From positions 13,431-77,430 of the forward strand of contig CAILMI010000033.1 in NCBI GenBank assembly GCA_903835255.1: a stretch of DNA of 64,000 nt, read 5' to 3'. Below the pieces are notes generated by a model, which did not search any database, had not been told where the DNA came from, and saw only the letters and a list, made by a program, of their open reading frames with translations. Below are positions 9,158 to 19,413 of the stretch, one piece after another. The number at the start of each line of letters is the position of its first letter. Position 1 is the stretch's first letter. The position numbers and the translations under genes are program-made. The stretch comes from an uncultured Verrucomicrobia subdivision 3 bacterium. Its GTDB lineage: Bacteria > Verrucomicrobiota > Verrucomicrobiia > Limisphaerales > UBA11358.

Positions 9158-10423
9158 TTGCGCCCGCCAACCGCTGAGGAGAGCTTGGCGCTCACCGGCA
9201 TGAGCGACTTATTACACAGCGCATTGAGGGTTGTTCTCCTCGTCGTGGTTCTGGGATTCACGGTCTGGGTCCTGATCCGCGCCCTGAAACGCAGCGACGA
9301 CGCGGCGGGGCTGGTCTTTAAATGGGTTTTCACCGCCGGGCTGATGGCGCTCCTGTTTTTCGTGGCGGTGCCTCAGTTCAAGAAGGGCGGGTTTGAAGCG
9401 ATTGTGGCATTGGGGCTGACGGGCTTCTGGGGTCTGGCCATGACCCTCACCTGGCGCAACAGCCTTATCGACCTGGTGGCAAACCCCATCGCCTCGCTTT
9501 ACGATGGCGGCCGGCAGGAGGTGGAGCCGCGGCCGCTTTATTCCATCGCCCTTGCGAAGCGGAAAACCAACCGGCCGCTGGAAGCCATCGTGGAAATCCG
9601 CCGGCAGCTCGCCGCCTTTCCCAATGATTACGAGGGGGTCACCCTGCTGGCCGGCATCCAGGCGGAGGACTTGGGGGATCTGCCGGCGGCGGAGATCGCC
9701 TTCCACCGTTTTTGCGACCGGCCGGAGGCGCCGCCTAAACAGGTGGCCGCGGCCTTCACGCAGCTGGCCGACTGGCACTTAAAAATGGCGCAGGACGGGG
9801 ATTCCGCGCGCGCGGCGCTCGAACAGATCATCCGCCGGTTTCCCGGCACCGCCCTTGCGGCGCAGGCGGCGCAACGGATTGCGCATCTGGCCGGCACGGA
9901 AAAAAGATTGATGGCGGCGCAGGAGGGTCAGCCGGTGGCTGTCCCCGAAGGCGTCCGCAACATCGGACTTTTGGATTCCAGCGAGTTTCTGCGCCCCGCC
10001 GAAATGGATCCCGAATTGCAGGCGGCAGCTTACGTGCGCCAGCTGGAACAGCATCCGCACGACTTGGAAGCGCGGGAGGCGCTGGCGATTCTCTATGCGC
10101 AGCATTATCAGCGGCTGGATCTGGCGGCGCTCGAGTTGGAATCGCTGGTCAGCGCGCCCGGGGCGCCGGCGAAGCGCGTGGCGGACGCCTTGAATTTGCT
10201 GGCCAACCTGCAGCTCCGGGGCGGCGCGGATTACGACACGGTGCGCGCGACGCTGGAGAGAATTGTGGAGCGCTTTCCAGATCTGCCGGCAGGAGAAATT
10301 GCCCGGTCCCGACTGTCGCGTCTCCGGCTGGAGTTCAAGGGGCAAAAAGAAACGCCGAGCGTGAAGCTCGGCGTTTATGAACAAAATATCGGGTTGAAAT
10401 ACGGATCACCGCGCCAGCTGTAA
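9158..10423 (+). CDS. membrane-anchored TPR-like repeat protein
   Basis: Three or four N-terminal TM helices are followed by an Ala/Leu-rich helical repeat region. The start may be ATG at 9200 ('MSDLLHSAL'). Confidence 0.55.
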   Translation: MRPPTAEESLALTGMSDLLHSALRVVLLVVVLGFTVWVLIRALKRSDDAAGLVFKWVFTAGLMALLFFVAVPQFKKGGFEAIVALGLTGFWGLAMTLTWRNSLIDLVANPIASLYDGGRQEVEPRPLYSIALAKRKTNRPLEAIVEIRRQLAAFPNDYEGVTLLAGIQAEDLGDLPAAEIAFHRFCDRPEAPPKQVAAAFTQLADWHLKMAQDGDSARAALEQIIRRFPGTALAAQAAQRIAHLAGTEKRLMAAQEGQPVAVPEGVRNIGLLDSSEFLRPAEMDPELQAAAYVRQLEQHPHDLEAREALAILYAQHYQRLDLAALELESLVSAPGAPAKRVADALNLLANLQLRGGADYDTVRATLERIVERFPDLPAGEIARSRLSRLRLEFKGQKETPSVKLGVYEQNIGLKYGSPRQL

Positions 10424-10801
10424 GGCGATCTCCTTCTCCAGTTCATGCGACAGGGCGATGTCGCTGACGCCCATGGAGGAGCGGGACTGTACAACCACCT
10501 GAGTGACGCCGGGATCCACGGCCTGGACGCTGACCCAGACGTTTTTATTGTTCACCTTGCCCTGCAGCGAGCGCAGGCTGTTGGTGGTGTCGTGGGGAAT
10601 GTATTCGGTGACGATCACGCCGTTGTCGGAGATGACTTTAACGGAGGCCTGGTAAACCTGCTCCACGGATCGCTGGTAGCGGCCTTCCACCCGGTCCTTG
10701 GACCAAGTCAGGGCTGGGGAATGGCTGCCGGTGGCTGTTTTAACGCAACCGGTGGCGACGAGGATGAGGCCTGCAAATGCCGCAAAAATGAATGTCTTCA
10801 T
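10406..10801 (-). CDS. small lipoprotein (DUF3568-like)
   Basis: Lipobox 'LILVATGC' after 'MKTFIFAAFAG'. The family assignment is from memory only. Confidence 0.5.
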   Translation of the reverse strand: MKTFIFAAFAGLILVATGCVKTATGSHSPALTWSKDRVEGRYQRSVEQVYQASVKVISDNGVIVTEYIPHDTTNSLRSLQGKVNNKNVWVSVQAVDPGVTQVVVQSRSSMGVSDIALSHELEKEIALQLAR

Positions 10802-10904
10802 AGGGGCATACTCCAAACAAAAAAGGCGCGCGCGTCAAGCACGATTGCTGTTTCCTTTTGGCGCGGGCCGCCGGGATGGAAACCCGTAAAAGGGCGGGTC
10901 AGGG

Positions 10905-11771
10905 TCAGATCAGGCCGGATTTTACGAGCATCGCCGAAAGGAGCGCGTTGAAGGCGGCGGGCTGTTCCAGCATGAGGAAATGGCTGGCACCCTCCATCGT
11001 CCGATAATCGGCATGGGACGAGAGGGAGCGGACGTAGTTTTCATAGTCACCGGTCCACCAGGAACTCCGGGCGTTGATGACGAGCACGGGACCGTTCACA
11101 TGCTGCAGCCTCCAGTCGGGCTGGGTCGGGTCCAGCAGGGCCAGCATTCCGGCGAGCAGGACAGATTGCGGGGTTTTGAGCATTTCGGCGGTGACCTGTT
11201 CGCAAAGAGTTTCGGCTCCGGGGAAGGGAAAGAGGTTCCGGATGAATCCGGTGGCGTGTTCGCGATAGTGCGGAGTGGCGAACGGCCCTGCCAACGCCCG
11301 TCCCTCGGCCGCAGTGCCCGGCAGCCGGCATAACAGCCCATCCACCGAGACCAGCGCGAGGACGCTTTCGGGAGCCTGATGGTAAACGCGGCAAATTACT
11401 GCGCCGCCCATACTGTGGCCGATGTACACGGCTTTTTCGACCCCGGCATCCCGCAGAACAGCCCGCACGGCTTCGGCGAAAGCATCCATCGTGGAGGGCG
11501 TTTGTGGCGGGTCGCTCCGGCCGTGCCCGGGAAGATCGAGCAGAATGAGCCGCGCCCGGCTGGACAAGGCGGCCACCTGTTCGCGCCAGAATCCGATGTG
11601 ACACCCCCAGCCGTGGACGAAGACGAGGGTGGATTCCCCCTGGCCGGCAGTGACGTAATGAAGGCTATTCCCATTGACGGAAACAAAATGCGACTGGGTG
11701 CCGGTCATGGGGGCAAAGGGGGTTTGAGTCATGACGGGATGCGGGTGGTTAGGCTGGGCTGGGCGGATCAA
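10905..11771 (-). CDS. alpha/beta hydrolase
   Basis: 'LVFVHGWGCHIGFW' and the nucleophile elbow 'GHSMGG'. Start is TTG at 11771 (overlapping the upstream stop) or ATG at 11732. Confidence 0.75.
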   Translation of the reverse strand: MIRPAQPNHPHPVMTQTPFAPMTGTQSHFVSVNGNSLHYVTAGQGESTLVFVHGWGCHIGFWREQVAALSSRARLILLDLPGHGRSDPPQTPSTMDAFAEAVRAVLRDAGVEKAVYIGHSMGGAVICRVYHQAPESVLALVSVDGLLCRLPGTAAEGRALAGPFATPHYREHATGFIRNLFPFPGAETLCEQVTAEMLKTPQSVLLAGMLALLDPTQPDWRLQHVNGPVLVINARSSWWTGDYENYVRSLSSHADYRTMEGASHFLMLEQPAAFNALLSAMLVKSGLI

Positions 11772-13048
11772 AAATGGAATCCCACGGAAGCGATGATGGC
11801 CTGGCTGTTGAAGCTGTATTTGCCATCGGCGGATTGGCCGGCAAATTGTCCGGGCGTGGAGGAGGGCGTGCTGCCGGTGACCGTGCGGGTGGGGCCATAA
11901 CCCAGCTGGTAGGCGACATCAAAGTCGAATGTTTTCCCCTTGCGCCCGGCGCCGACGCTGAAGAAATGCCGGTCCATATCCGCGGCCAGCGGGGTGTAGT
12001 AGGTGTCGGGAACCGAATTCTGGTTGAAGACGTATCCGGCGCTCACACGCCAGCCGTTTTCGAAATACCGCGTCACACCAAGCTCATACATCCAGCTCGA
12101 CTGCCAGCCCAGATTGACGGGGATGTCTTGTTGGATGGGCCGGTCCACGGGCGGCTGAGACTGCTCGATGGTGACTTTATCAAAACTGTTCCAACCGGTG
12201 TAGTTCGCATCCAGCTCGATATTCCAACGGGGCGTGGGCCGATAGGAAACGCCCCAGACGGCGGTGAGCGGAAAGGTGTAACTGGCCTGCGCCCCTCGTT
12301 GAGCGGGCTGGTCATACGGCTGGGGCTGCAGTTGAAAATCCGTATTGCCCTGAATATTCATGGTGGCCGCGCTGCGAAAAGTGGCCCCAAATGAAAGTTG
12401 CTGTATCGGCTGCCAGAGAGCCCCCACATTGTAGCCCAGGCTCCAGCCATCGCCGCTGAAACTGAAATGATTGGTCAGCGGTGTTGAAAAACGGCGCAAG
12501 CCTTGGGACGTTTCCAGCCGCGCGTAGTTCACCATCAGCCCGGCGCCCAGAGAGAATTCAGGCGACAGCTTCACCGCCACCACCGGATTGAGGGTGATGT
12601 ATTTTAGTGAGCCGCTCACGGCGACGGTGCGGAAGCCCGTGTCCTGAGGCCAGCGAATATTCCCGCCAAAGGGGGAATAAACCCCCAACCCAAAACTGAT
12701 TGAGGTGTTTGTCAGTGTGCAGGTGTAGAAAAACTGGGGGATGGCAGCGTAGTTATCCGAGCTGGTGTAGGTCTTGCCCTGATTGGGCGCGCCCGGCGGC
12801 GGCTGATAGCTCGGATTGTAATTAATCCCGTAAATGCCGGCCCGGAACTGATTGCCTTCCAGCTGGGTGATGCCTGCGGGGTTGTAGTAGATGGCCGAAG
12901 GGTTATCGGCGGTGGCCACCACCGCCTCGCCCCGCGCGGTGGCAAAGGCATCCTGATCGGGCAGCCCAAAACCGTTCGCGGAAAGTCTTAGCGCGGAGGC
13001 GATCAGCACCAATGTCGCCAGCAGACCTGATGATTTGAGCCAGTTCAT
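11768..13048 (-). CDS. outer membrane transport protein, OMPP1/FadL/TodX family
   Basis: Signal peptide 'MNWLKSSGLLATLVLIASALRLSA', the N-terminal hatch-like motif 'GFGLPDQDAFATARGEAVVATADNPSAIYYNPAG', and a C-terminal Phe. Confidence 0.8.
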   Translation of the reverse strand: MNWLKSSGLLATLVLIASALRLSANGFGLPDQDAFATARGEAVVATADNPSAIYYNPAGITQLEGNQFRAGIYGINYNPSYQPPPGAPNQGKTYTSSDNYAAIPQFFYTCTLTNTSISFGLGVYSPFGGNIRWPQDTGFRTVAVSGSLKYITLNPVVAVKLSPEFSLGAGLMVNYARLETSQGLRRFSTPLTNHFSFSGDGWSLGYNVGALWQPIQQLSFGATFRSAATMNIQGNTDFQLQPQPYDQPAQRGAQASYTFPLTAVWGVSYRPTPRWNIELDANYTGWNSFDKVTIEQSQPPVDRPIQQDIPVNLGWQSSWMYELGVTRYFENGWRVSAGYVFNQNSVPDTYYTPLAADMDRHFFSVGAGRKGKTFDFDVAYQLGYGPTRTVTGSTPSSTPGQFAGQSADGKYSFNSQAIIASVGFHF

Positions 13049-13235
13049 CAATTCAAACAACGGAACGGATTCGATGGATTGATCGTGGGCTTTGCATGGG
13101 GTCATAGCTTACCGATCGCCTTGAGGCGTGCCAGCAAATATCGGTTTGGTCAGGGCGCCTTTCCGGTCCCCGCCGGAAGCGGGGATGCCGCGGACGGCCA
13201 CTTTACTTTACGGCGACACAATCTAAACTGGCGGG

Positions 13236-14318
13236 GTGAAAAGTTCGTATCGGTTCACGTGGGTGGCCTTGTTTTTCTGGGCGAGCCTTTTTCCGGTGCG
13301 CGCCGGCTTCTCGTCGCTCTCTATTTTTGGCGACGCCCTTTCGACCACCACTAACAATCCCTCTGTCGGATCTCTTTACTACGGTATGCGTCGCTCCAAC
13401 GGGCGCGTCTGGGTTGAGGTACTAGCGCAGCGACAGGGTTTGAATTATGACCCTAACAAAAACTTTTCCTACTACGATCACAATAGCTCCAACTTGCTGA
13501 CGCAGATTAAAAGCTCCCCTGCGACCTATACGGCCAATGATCTGATCATCCTCTGGGTCTGTAATTCAGACACGTTTGATTCGGCGCAATCCTCAGCGAA
13601 TTCAGGTCAATGGATTGTTAACAACAGCCAATCCCAGACCAACCATTTGCAGATTATTACCAATCTGTATGCCAAAGGCGTCCGCACTCTGATCCTGCCT
13701 AATGCCGTGGATATTTCCAAGGTTCCGGCTTTTAACCAAGGCAGTCTGACCAGCGTCATGAGTGCTGGATGCATCGACTACAATGTAAAATTCACCAACA
13801 CGCTTTATTACTTTAGGACCAATCCAGCGTATGCCGGACTTAAAATATACGCCCCGGACTTTTTTAAGTTGCTCAACAGCGTGATTACCAATGCGGCTTA
13901 CTACGGATTATCCAATGCTCTTTATAATGGCAAAAGCATCGATGCGTTGAGCGATCTGCCCAATGCCGCCACCAATGGGCCCGGGACCAACTATGTTTTT
14001 TGGGATCCGGAAAACCCGACCGCGAAGTTCCATGCGGTGATTGCCGATGAAGCCCAGAAGCTCCTTCCGCAGGTGGCGCGCATCAGCAAAATCACGCTGC
14101 TGAACGGCAGCAATCGGTTGGATGTGGTGGATATGCCCGGCGGCCTGAATGGCTTTGTGGAAGGGGCCACCAATCTGGCGCCCGCAAACTGGGCCACCAA
14201 TCTGGCCGCCTTCGCCAGCAGCAATACCACCCCCTCCGTCTTTGTCCCCGCCTCCGGTCCTCAGCGGTTTTACCGGCTGCGCATCCCTTATTATCCTTAC
14301 CTCTGGTCGTGGCCGTGA
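13236..14318 (+). CDS. secreted GDSL/SGNH-like protein with degenerate catalytic motifs and a C-terminal 'FYRLR' module
   Basis: Signal peptide present. Block I reads 'IFGDALST' where GDSL is expected; block II is 'RRSNGRVWVEVLA'. Block V reads 'FWDPENPT' where DxxH is expected. GTG start. Confidence 0.6.
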   Translation: MKSSYRFTWVALFFWASLFPVRAGFSSLSIFGDALSTTTNNPSVGSLYYGMRRSNGRVWVEVLAQRQGLNYDPNKNFSYYDHNSSNLLTQIKSSPATYTANDLIILWVCNSDTFDSAQSSANSGQWIVNNSQSQTNHLQIITNLYAKGVRTLILPNAVDISKVPAFNQGSLTSVMSAGCIDYNVKFTNTLYYFRTNPAYAGLKIYAPDFFKLLNSVITNAAYYGLSNALYNGKSIDALSDLPNAATNGPGTNYVFWDPENPTAKFHAVIADEAQKLLPQVARISKITLLNGSNRLDVVDMPGGLNGFVEGATNLAPANWATNLAAFASSNTTPSVFVPASGPQRFYRLRIPYYPYLWSWP

Positions 14319-14346
14319 AACGCGTTTCCCGCCCGCACCGCCGCGC

Positions 14347-15420
14347 TCAGGCGACGGGAGCAGCGGCCGGAATCACCTGCCCCAGATTTTCGTAGCCCCA
14401 GCGCAGCATCCGCTCGGTCGTCTCCCAGCCGATGCAGGAGTCCGTGATGGAGATGCCGTGTTGCAGGTCCGCCGGATTTTTCGGCATGGGCTGGCTGCCT
14501 TCGTACAGATTGCTTTCCACCATCGTGCCGATGAGCGACCGGGTGCCCGCGACGCGCTGCTGGATCACGCTGCGCCAGACGTCCTCCTGCCGGGCGAATT
14601 TTTTTTCCGAGTTCGCGTGGCTGCAATCCACCATCAGCACCGGCGGCAGTTTGGCCAGAGTCAGGATTTCTTCCGCCGCTCGGATGCTGTCCGCGTCGTA
14701 ATTAGTCTTTGCCCGTCCGCCCCGCAGCACCACGTGCGCGTGGGGGTTTCCGGCGGTGCGCACGATGGCGGTCGCGCCATCCTGGTCGATGCCCAGAAAA
14801 CTGTGCGAGTGCCGCGTCGCGCCCATCGCGTCGATGGCAATCTGCAGGCTGCCGTCCGTGCCGTTCTTCAGGCCTACGGGCATGGACAGTCCGCTCGCCA
14901 TCTCGCGGTGCGTCTGGGACTCCGTGGTGCGCGCGCCGATGGCCGCCCAGGTGACGAGATCGGCGATGTATTGCGGGACGATGGGGTCCAGAAATTCCGT
15001 GGCGGCGGGGAGGCCCATGCCGGTGATTTCGAGGAGCAGCCGCCGGGCTATTTTCAGGCCGGTCTCGATGTCCTGTGATCCGTCCAGGTGCGGATCATTG
15101 ATGAGCCCTTTCCAGCCGATGGTGGTGCGCGGTTTTTCAAAGTAGACGCGCATCACGATCTCCATGCGGTCGGCAAATTCCTGACGCAACGCGTTCAGCT
15201 TCCGGGCATATTCCAGCGCGCTTTTTTCGTCGTGGATCGAGCAGGGCCCGATGACGACCAGCAGGCGCGGGTCCTCCTGGCTGAGAATGCGGATGATCCG
15301 CTCGCGGCTTCGGGCCACGGTGGCGTTCGAGGCCTCGGTCGTGGGGGTCAGCGCCTTCAGGGCGTTGGGCGACGAGAGCCGGACAATTTCTTTAACATGT
15401 AAATCCTGCGTCCGATACAT
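14347..15420 (-). CDS. 3-deoxy-7-phosphoheptulonate (DAHP) synthase, class I
   Basis: '[23 protein letters not shown]' and '[15 protein letters not shown]'. Confidence 0.92.
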   Translation of the reverse strand: MYRTQDLHVKEIVRLSSPNALKALTPTTEASNATVARSRERIIRILSQEDPRLLVVIGPCSIHDEKSALEYARKLNALRQEFADRMEIVMRVYFEKPRTTIGWKGLINDPHLDGSQDIETGLKIARRLLLEITGMGLPAATEFLDPIVPQYIADLVTWAAIGARTTESQTHREMASGLSMPVGLKNGTDGSLQIAIDAMGATRHSHSFLGIDQDGATAIVRTAGNPHAHVVLRGGRAKTNYDADSIRAAEEILTLAKLPPVLMVDCSHANSEKKFARQEDVWRSVIQQRVAGTRSLIGTMVESNLYEGSQPMPKNPADLQHGISITDSCIGWETTERMLRWGYENLGQVIPAAAPVA

Positions 15421-15518
15421 GCGGCCAGTATAGCGCGCCGCCGCCGCGCGGAAAGCCGAAACACAAGGGCATTGTGCCGTCTGCGGGTTTTTTGTAGGGT
15501 GGCTCTGGTTCGAATTCT

Positions 15519-16946
15519 ATGAACAACGAAAAGCCCAACACCGGACAGAAGGCGCTGCAGATCAATCTCGACGCCAAGAAATACGGCACGTTCGCTGAGA
15601 TCGGCGCGGGCCAGGAAGTGGCCCGCTGGTTTTTCCACGTGGGCAAAGCGTCCGGCACCGTGGCCAAGACGATTTCCGCCTATGACATGGCGGTGAGCGA
15701 TGCGATCTATGGCCCCGCCGAACGGTATGTGAGCCGCAAACGGCTGCAGGCGATGCTGGATCTAGAATTCGACCTGCTCCTCAGGCGCCTCGAAAAGACC
15801 CGGGGCAGCAAATGCACTTTTTTTGCGTTTGCCGACACCGTGGCCACCAAACAGGGGGCCCGGCCCGGCCAGGAAGAGGGACAGGGCTGGCTCGGCATCA
15901 AATTCCAGGCGCATCCCCTCGGCGATCCCTCCACCATCATCATCCATGTGCGGTTGCTGGATTGGGAGACCCCGGACCAGCAGGAAGCCGTCGGAATTCT
16001 CGGCGTCAATCTCGTTCACGCCGCCTTCTATCATCATACCGACCCCGTCAGCCTGATCGGCTCACTGCTGGACGGCCTCACCAGCCAGCGGGTGGAAGTG
16101 GACATGATCAAATTTTCGGGCCCCGCCTTTGCCGGCGTGGACAACCGGCTCATGGCGCTACAACTGGTGGAGCAATGGCTCACCGAAGCCGCCCTGTTCA
16201 CCGCCGACGGCGAGACTATTATTCCCGGCGAACTCCTTTACAAAAAGCCCGTCCTGCTCGAGCGCGGCAGCTTCCGGCCGCTCACCAACCCCATGCTGGA
16301 CATGCTCGAGCGCGCCCAGGAACAGTTCGTCCGCGAAGCCTCCCTGCAGGGCGAGCCGCCGGTGGTCATGTTCGAGATGACGCTGCGGCAGCTGCAGGTG
16401 GGCAACGCCATCGATCACCGGGATTTTCTGGACCGGGTGGACACCTTGGGGGCGCTGGGCAAGCCGGTGCTGATCTCTAATTTCCTCCGCTACCACCGCC
16501 TGGTGAGCTACCTTTCACGCCAGACCCAAAGGCCCATCGGCCTGCCCATCGGCCTGGTGCGTCTGCGCGATGTGCTCGACGAAAAGTTCTACACCGACCT
16601 GCCCGGCGGGCTAATGGAATCCCTCGGCCAGCTTTTCAAGAACGGGGCGAAACTCTACGTCTACCCCTCGCTCGATAAGAAGACCGGCAAGATCACCACC
16701 ATCGAAAACCTGGAGGTCATGCCGCATCTCCGGCATCTTTTCGCGCACCTCGTGGAAAACCGGTTCATCGAGAATATCACCAGCTACAATGCTGGGGCGC
16801 TAAATATTTATTCCAGCGAAGTCCTAGCCAAAATCCATTCTGGGGACGAGTCGCTGAGCCAGCTCATCCCCGCGCCCATCTTCGAGCGGATCAAGGCCAA
16901 GCAGCTGTTCGGATGGAAGCAGAAGGTGCCCGCAGCCGCCCAGTGA
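15519..16946 (+). CDS. conserved hypothetical protein (function unknown)
   Basis: 475-aa ORF with coding-like composition. The N-terminal motif 'YGTFAEIGAGQEVARWFFHVGKASGTVAKTISAYDMAVSDAIYG' is familiar to me from unannotated or inconsistently annotated bacterial proteins. Confidence 0.5.
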   Translation: MNNEKPNTGQKALQINLDAKKYGTFAEIGAGQEVARWFFHVGKASGTVAKTISAYDMAVSDAIYGPAERYVSRKRLQAMLDLEFDLLLRRLEKTRGSKCTFFAFADTVATKQGARPGQEEGQGWLGIKFQAHPLGDPSTIIIHVRLLDWETPDQQEAVGILGVNLVHAAFYHHTDPVSLIGSLLDGLTSQRVEVDMIKFSGPAFAGVDNRLMALQLVEQWLTEAALFTADGETIIPGELLYKKPVLLERGSFRPLTNPMLDMLERAQEQFVREASLQGEPPVVMFEMTLRQLQVGNAIDHRDFLDRVDTLGALGKPVLISNFLRYHRLVSYLSRQTQRPIGLPIGLVRLRDVLDEKFYTDLPGGLMESLGQLFKNGAKLYVYPSLDKKTGKITTIENLEVMPHLRHLFAHLVENRFIENITSYNAGALNIYSSEVLAKIHSGDESLSQLIPAPIFERIKAKQLFGWKQKVPAAAQ

Positions 16947-17027
16947 CCCGCCCTCCGCCTCTGGGACCGGGCTTAACAAGTCAAAGGCGGGATCGGTTGC
17001 GATAAGCGGAAAGGGCTGCCTGCCCCT

Positions 17028-18173
17028 CTACGTCAGGCTTACCCACCGGCCATTTTGGGAGGATTCCTCCACGGCCGTCAGGACGCGCTGGTTTTTCAGG
17101 CCGTCCTCAAAGGTCGGATGCACCGGCCGTCCCTCGGCGCAGGCATTCACAAAATCGGCGAAGGTGTGGATGAACGTATGCTCATAGCCCAGGCCGTGTC
17201 CCGGCGGCCACCAGTTGCCCACGTAGGGCTGGATGCCATCGCGTTCGGTCACGAGGATGGACCGGAAGCCGCGCCGATCCCCCGGGTCTTCGGCGTTGTA
17301 GTATTGCAGCCGGTTCATGTCCTCAAAATCGAAACAGAGCGAACCCTTGCGGCCGTTGATTTCAAGGGTGATTTGATTCTTGCGGCCCGGGGCGTAACGC
17401 GTCGCCTCCAGATTGGCCAGGGCGCCGTTTTTCATCCGACCGATGAACAGGGCGGAATCCGGGGCGGTGACTTTTCCCATTTTGCGGACGCCCCGGGCCA
17501 GGGCGGAGGCGAGCGGGCGGCGGGGGACAAACGTGTTCACCAGGCCGCACACCTCCGTGAACTCGCCCACGAGATAGCGCGCGAGGTCGATCAGGTGGGA
17601 CTGGATGTCGCTGTGGACGCCGCTGCCGCTGGTCTCCTTTTGCAGGCGCCAGTCCAGGGGGAATTCCGGGTCGGCCAGCCGGTCCTGGGCGTAGCGGGCG
17701 CGGAAATGAAAGATCCGGCCCAGGGCGCCCTCGTCCAGCATGCGTTTCGCTAGGGCGATGGCCGGGATGCGCCGGTAATTGTGGCAGACCATGTGGACCA
17801 CCCCGGCTTTTTTCACGGCCGCAACCATGGCCTCGCACTGCTTCAGGTCCAGGCCGAGCGGTTTTTCGCACAGGACATGCTTGCCGCAGCGTGCGGCGGC
17901 GATGGCCATTTCCGCGTGCGCAAACGTGGGCGTGGCAATGTCCACGATGTCAATCAGCGGCGACTCGACGATATCGCGCCAGTCGGTGGTGGCGTTTTGC
18001 CAGCCGAGCGGGGCGCGGGCGGCCTCGACGCCCGCTGCGTCCCGCCCGCAGAGGGTGTGCAGTTCAATCCCGGCCTTGAGCTTGAAAAAGCGGGGCGCCT
18101 GGCGCCAGGCATTGGAGTGGGCCCGGCCCATGAAACGGTAACCGATCAATCCGACGCGGAAGTTTTTTTTCAT
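17028..18173 (-). CDS. Gfo/Idh/MocA family oxidoreductase
   Basis: Rossmann N-terminus 'MKKNFRVGLIGYRFMGRAHSNAW' begins at ATG 18173. The 600-aa track ORF extends upstream only as an antisense shadow of lpxD. Confidence 0.85.
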   Translation of the reverse strand: MKKNFRVGLIGYRFMGRAHSNAWRQAPRFFKLKAGIELHTLCGRDAAGVEAARAPLGWQNATTDWRDIVESPLIDIVDIATPTFAHAEMAIAAARCGKHVLCEKPLGLDLKQCEAMVAAVKKAGVVHMVCHNYRRIPAIALAKRMLDEGALGRIFHFRARYAQDRLADPEFPLDWRLQKETSGSGVHSDIQSHLIDLARYLVGEFTEVCGLVNTFVPRRPLASALARGVRKMGKVTAPDSALFIGRMKNGALANLEATRYAPGRKNQITLEINGRKGSLCFDFEDMNRLQYYNAEDPGDRRGFRSILVTERDGIQPYVGNWWPPGHGLGYEHTFIHTFADFVNACAEGRPVHPTFEDGLKNQRVLTAVEESSQNGRWVSLT

Positions 18174-18303
18174 CACATCAAAGGTCTGGACGGGTTTGTT
18201 GCTGGAACGCCACCCCGGCGCCCCGTGGGCGCCTGCCGCCAAAAGTAGGGATTGGAAATGGCGGCGCACGCCTTTATAGTGAGCCGCACGCACCAAGTCA
18301 AAT

Positions 18304-19341
18304 ATGCCTTTTACCACCGCTGAAATCGCAAAACATCTGCAGGGCGAAGTGCTCGGCGATGACCACGCCCTGTTGACCGGCTTTGCCGCTGCCGAGCAGG
18401 CCCGCCCGGGCGACCTGACCTTTGCGGAAAACGAGGCCTTCTTTGCCCGCGCCGAGGAAAGTGCGGCCTCCGCCATCCTTGCCGATTCCCGGTTCAGCTC
18501 GACGAAGAAAATTCTCATCCGCGTGCCAAACGCCCGCATCGCCTTCGCCAAGGCGCTCGCGCTGTTCTTCCCGGAACCCGTCCATCCCGCCGGCATCCAC
18601 CCGCTGGCGGTCGTCGCCGCCAGCGCGCAGGTGGACCCGACCGCGCACATCGGGCCCCATTGCACGGTGGGCGAACGCGTGAAAATCGGCGCGCGCTGCG
18701 TGTTGCAGGCGGGGAACTTTGTGGGGGACGATGCCGCGCTGGGCGACGACACGCATTTATTTCCAAACGTCACCCTGTATCCGCGCACGGAAATCGGACG
18801 GCGGGTCCGCGTCCATGCCGGCACGACCATCGGATCCGACGGTTACGGCTATGTGCTGGACGGGGCCGTCCACCGCAAAGTGCCGCAGGTGGGCAATGTG
18901 ATTATCGGCGACGACGTGGAGATTGGCGCCAACGTGGCGATCGATCGCGGGGCGCTGGGGCCGACGGTGATTGGCCGGGGCACGAAAATTGACAACCTCG
19001 TGCAGATCGCCCACAACGTGGAAATCGGCGAACATTGTCTGGTCATCGCGCAGGTCGGCATTGCGGGCAGCTCCAAGCTGGGCAATTACGTGGTGCTGGC
19101 CGGCCAGGTCGGCATCGGCGGACATTTAAAAATCGGCCATCAGGTCACGGTAGGGGCGCAGTCCGGTGTCATGACGGATATTCCTGACAAAGCCACCTGG
19201 CTGGGGGCACCCGCCCAGCCTGACCGACAATTCAAGCGTCAGGTCCTGGCCATCCAGCGCCTGCCCGATTTGTTGAAGCGCATTGCGGAATTTGAACGCC
19301 GGTTCGGTGTCCAGCTGGACGGCGGCGCGGAATCCACCTGA
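18304..19341 (+). CDS. lpxD: UDP-3-O-(3-hydroxyacyl)glucosamine N-acyltransferase
   Basis: An LpxD-type N-terminal domain is followed by hexapeptide repeats ('IGDDVEIGANVAIDRG', 'IAHNVEIGEHCLV'). Confidence 0.9.
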   Translation: MPFTTAEIAKHLQGEVLGDDHALLTGFAAAEQARPGDLTFAENEAFFARAEESAASAILADSRFSSTKKILIRVPNARIAFAKALALFFPEPVHPAGIHPLAVVAASAQVDPTAHIGPHCTVGERVKIGARCVLQAGNFVGDDAALGDDTHLFPNVTLYPRTEIGRRVRVHAGTTIGSDGYGYVLDGAVHRKVPQVGNVIIGDDVEIGANVAIDRGALGPTVIGRGTKIDNLVQIAHNVEIGEHCLVIAQVGIAGSSKLGNYVVLAGQVGIGGHLKIGHQVTVGAQSGVMTDIPDKATWLGAPAQPDRQFKRQVLAIQRLPDLLKRIAEFERRFGVQLDGGAEST

Positions 19342-19413
19342 GGAACCGGCCCGCGCATCCCGCCGAAAGCCCCTTTATCTGATAGAAGGGCAAACCTTTT
19401 CTTTGCAGCGGGG

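Noticed and set aside
15499-15512. tRNA-like T-loop sequence 'GGTTCGAATTC'
   Set aside because: The flanks cannot form a T-stem, acceptor stem or anticodon arm, and it lies in the 5' leader of the 15519 ORF.
18174-18830. N-terminal 219 codons of the 600-aa minus-strand ORF (17028-18830)
   Set aside because: This stretch is antisense to lpxD and has Arg/Ala/Ser-rich nonsense composition. The oxidoreductase homology begins exactly at ATG 18173 with a Rossmann motif.
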